A stretch of DNA of 64,000 nt. Source: Rhizaria sp. SCN 62-66. Its lineage: Eukaryota. Positions 60,632 through 64,000 of the stretch are shown here, in pieces (within the stretch, counting starts at the first letter, position 1; each line of letters begins with the position of its first letter). Under the pieces are notes generated by a model, which saw only the letters and a list, made by a program, of their open reading frames with translations, had not been told where the DNA came from and did not search any database. The DNA is taken from positions 62,001 through 126,000 of the forward strand of contig MEDY01000660.1 in NCBI GenBank assembly GCA_001724265.1, written 5' to 3'. The translations under genes and the position numbers were made by a program.

Positions 60632-62369
60632 ATGCTTCGTGGTCTTGCCCGCGCCTCCGCGCTTGGTGCCCGCCTCGCGTCCCGCTCCGCTCCCCGCGTC
60701 GTCGCTGCCGCGCCCGCCGCCAAGTTTTCCTCCGTTATGGACCGCGAGATCGACGCCATCTCCGGCCTCACTGAGGAGCAGCAGCAGGTACGTCCTTCAG
60801 TCACACACCTCTCAAGCTCGGTGTTTCTTGTCATTAGTTGCTCTCTTACGCGCTCTCTGGTGCCAATAACGAACGCAAATCCTGGTGGCACTCCTTTTTA
60901 CTACTTCTGATGCCATCTCTTTCATATATATACTCGTTTTAATGCTACTTCTCCTCTCTATCCTGACCTATTTCTCGCTCTTTACCTCATCCTTCTTGAC
61001 TTTTTCCACTTGCCTCGTCCTTGTCTTCGACTACCTCGTCTTGGCTGCTTTCCTCTTTCTTAGCTCCGCGCCGCCGTGCGCCAGTTCGCGCAGTCCGAGC
61101 TCGCGCCCATCGCGGACAAGGTCGACAAGACGAACGAGTTCCCGATGGAGATGTGGGGCAAGCTCGGCGACATGGGCTTCCTGGGCCCCACCGCGCCCGA
61201 GGAGTTCGGCGGCCTCGGCCTGGGCTACTTCGAGCACACGATCATCATGGAGGAGCTTTCCCGCGCCTCCGGCTCCGTCGCGCTGTCGTACGGTGCGCAC
61301 TCGAACCTGTGCGTGAACCAGCTGCGCCTCAACGGCACCGCGGCGCAGAAGGCCAAGTACCTGCCCGACCTCATCGCCGGCCGCAAGATCGGCGCGCTGG
61401 CCATGTCCGAGACGACCTCGGGCTCGGACGTTGTGTCGCTGAAGCTGCGCGCGGAGAAGAAGGGCGACCATTACGTGCTCAACGGCACCAAGATGTGGAT
61501 CACCAACGGGCCTGACGCGCACACGCTCGTCGTCTACGCTAAGACCAACCCCGACGCCGGCAGCAAGGGCATCACCGCCTTCATCATCGAGCGCGGCTTC
61601 AAGGGTTTCTCCTCGGGCAAGAAGCTCGACAAGCTTGGTATGCGCGGCTCCAACACGGCCGAGCTCATCTTCGACAACTGCATCGTTCCGGCCGAGAACG
61701 TGCTGGGCGAGGAGGGCAAGGGCGTCAAGGTCCTCATGTCCGGGCTCGACTCGGAGCGCCTCGTCCTCTCCGGCGGCCCGCTCGGGCTGATGCAGGCCGC
61801 GCTGGACCTCACGCTGCCCTACGTCGCCGAGCGCAAGCAGTTCGGCCAGCCCATCGGCAACTTCCAGCTCATGCAGGGCAAGATCGCCGACATGTACACC
61901 AAGCTGCAGGCCTCGCGCGGCTACGTCTACTCCGTCGCGCGCGCCGTTGACCGCGGACAGGTCTCCCGCAAGGACTGCGCCGGCGTCATCCTCTACGCCG
62001 CCGAGAACGCCACCCAGGTCGCCCTCGACGCCATCCAGGTACGCTTCGGAACAATTCGATATATCTCAGCCATATCTTTGTTGCGTGGCATTATCTTTAT
62101 CTTGTGTGTTTATTTATTGTTTTCACGTCTGTGTCTTTAATTTTATTGCAATACGCTCACATATATGCTATTTTTTATGTTTTGTGTGTTCTGCGCTTTC
62201 CTCTTCCTCTTCCGACTGACAACAGGCGCTCGGTGGCAACGGCTTCATCAACGACTTCCCGGCCGGCCGCCTGGTGCGTGACGCGAAGCTGTACGAGATC
62301 GGCGCCGGCACCTCTGAGATCCGCCGCTGGCTCATCGGCCGCGAGATCATGAACGAGTACACCGCGTAA
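60632..62369 (+). CDS. IVD: Isovaleryl-CoA dehydrogenase, mitochondrial precursor, 424 aa; exons 60632..60787, 61064..62038, 62226..62369
   Basis: Arg/Ala/Ser-rich presequence. [70 protein letters not shown] stop. Confidence 0.95.
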
Positions 62370-62819
62370 GTTGCTTGACTTGTTCCCTTGTACTGTTAAG
62401 TCCTTTAACACAGCAAAGCAAGACTATTTAAGCTCAGCATAACGCAACACAAACAGTATCATGTATATTCTCGTGTGTGGTGTGTGGTATTGAGCTTTAA
62501 CGAGGTGTATTAGTGATGATTTCTTGTGTTATACGCTGTCTCCATGGATGACATGAACTAACAGTGTCATGTGTGTTGCTGCGTGTGAACGAGTGAGATA
62601 CGCATTATTTTCTTTCTTCTTCTTTCAAACAAAAATAAAAACCAAATATTATTTAATAGATAGTTTCAATCTGTATTGTTGTTCATCTATGTAACAAAAG
62701 TTCGTTGTGGCTCAACATGTAAACGCCACTTTCTGGCTCTGCTGTGCTGCGCGATATCATTGAAGTGGCAACATCGGCCTGGTGTTGCAGACTAGGCCCG
62801 TACTGCCCAAACTGCACAC

Positions 62820-63659
62820 TCACTGCCCGTCGCCACAGTCCCCCACGGCGTCGCGGACCTCGTCCACCGCCTCGTTGATGGCCGCGACGACAGTGTGCAG
62901 GTGGGTGCGGAGCGCGCGGCTGGCCTCGGTGTAGCCCTCGTCGAAGCCGTCGTCCTTGAGCACGATGTAGCGCGCGTGCAGCATGTGCAGCTGCGCGGTC
63001 TACGGGGGTGCAGAGAGGGGGAACGAAGCATACAGCAAAGAGAGGAAGTGTGGGAGAGCGTTAGAGGAACATAAGAGCGATTGTGGTGAGATACTCTTAG
63101 TGAGACTTGAGGTGTAATAGTAGAGTTAAATCTAGATTAAACAGTAAATGTGGAAAAATCACTACGTTTTCCTTATCATATCAAGATATTACACGAATGC
63201 GTAACGATATAAAGCACGTACAGCGTTGAGTTTTTCCCTCTCATTGTTCTGGAGCGCCCTGATGACCCCGGCCCAGCGCAACTGCCCGCGCAACCGCACA
63301 TCTGCATCGCTCTGCGCGGCACTCTCCCGCCCGTCAGCGCCAGCACCGGCCTCAGCTTTAGCGCCGTCCGCAGCCGGCTTCAGCGGCACCCCGGTCTTGA
63401 AGGCGTCCTCAACAGCGCGGACGCGCGCGCTGAGGGCCTGGAACTCCCCGGTCATCGCGCCGCACAGCGCCTGATACGCGACGACGTCCTTGCTGCGCTG
63501 GAAGATGCGAAAGCCTTCCTCCCAGGTCCGGTATGTGTGCGCGCGCGACGCCTGCAGCGTCAGCAGCTCAGATAGCAGCGCGTGGGTCGAGCTCGGGGGA
63601 AGCAGCGCAGGCGTAGGCGCGGGGGCGGCGCCGCTGGCGGCCACAGTCTCAGTGCTCAT
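62820..63659 (-). CDS. REX1-B (required for excision 1-B) domain protein, 205 aa; exons 63659..63222, 62999..62820
   Basis: LQASRAHTYRTWEEGF...YQALCGAMTGEFQALSARVRAVE...IRALQNNEREKLNATAQLH...VAAINEAVDEVR resembles the REX1B family as I recall it. GTACGT..TAG intron. TGA stop. Confidence 0.7.
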
Positions 63660-64000
63660 CGGTGTTAAATAGATATAGTAGATAAAACCTCTAATAAATC
63701 AGGAATTTGCTCAAAAATGTGCGCTTAAAGCCTCGTACAAGCTATATAGCGTGCAAAAGTGGCTCGGGTCATGGCCACCAGTCAAGTCTGAGAGTGGGCG
63801 ACTCGACGCAGGACTTCTGCCACTACTTTCGCATCCAATTCGGCATAACACGGCCGACAAAGTGGCATTTTTGCACATTTAACTGAAGTTTTTCTTAGCT
63901 TTGCGTTTGTTTCCTTATTTATGCACCTCAAATTGATCTATAAGTGTGTCATTTCCGCCTTTTTCTCCTCTCAGCTGCCCTTCAAGAAGTAACGCCTCAT

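Noticed and set aside
63950-64000. Possible acceptor and mini-exon (CAG|CTGCCCTTCAAGAAGTAA) at the window edge
   Set aside because: No matching upstream GTACG donor or coding exon was identified, and there is too little sequence to support a call.

Overview
Gene-dense nuclear DNA from an unidentified eukaryote, most likely a protist. Exons are GC-rich; introns and UTRs are AT/pyrimidine-rich. I can model 14 protein-coding genes, 12 with spliceosomal introns: a 5'-truncated dual-specificity phosphatase, Tctex-1 dynein light chain, a casein kinase 1 with a ~3,000-aa low-complexity tail, a 3,596-aa orphan, a DHX57/DHX29-type DEAH helicase, an F-box/JmjC protein, a class C-type 7TM receptor, RPS12, Sec61-alpha, a rhodanese+DSP phosphatase ending in CaaX, profilin, an AGFG-like ArfGAP, isovaleryl-CoA dehydrogenase and a REX1B-domain protein. 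Two observations stand out. (1) The receptor ectodomain is a 5'-nucleotidase (CD73/UshA-like) fold that has lost its metal ligands but kept substrate-binding motifs, so it is a candidate pseudo-enzyme nucleotide receptor. (2) The CK1 frame stays coding-like through two in-frame TAGs to a TAA, and none of the other 13 genes stops at TAG, suggesting UAG reassignment or readthrough. All 19 modelled splice donors are GT(A/T)CG. No RNA genes, CRISPR arrays or mobile elements were recognised. All calls come from reading motifs by eye; no searches were run.
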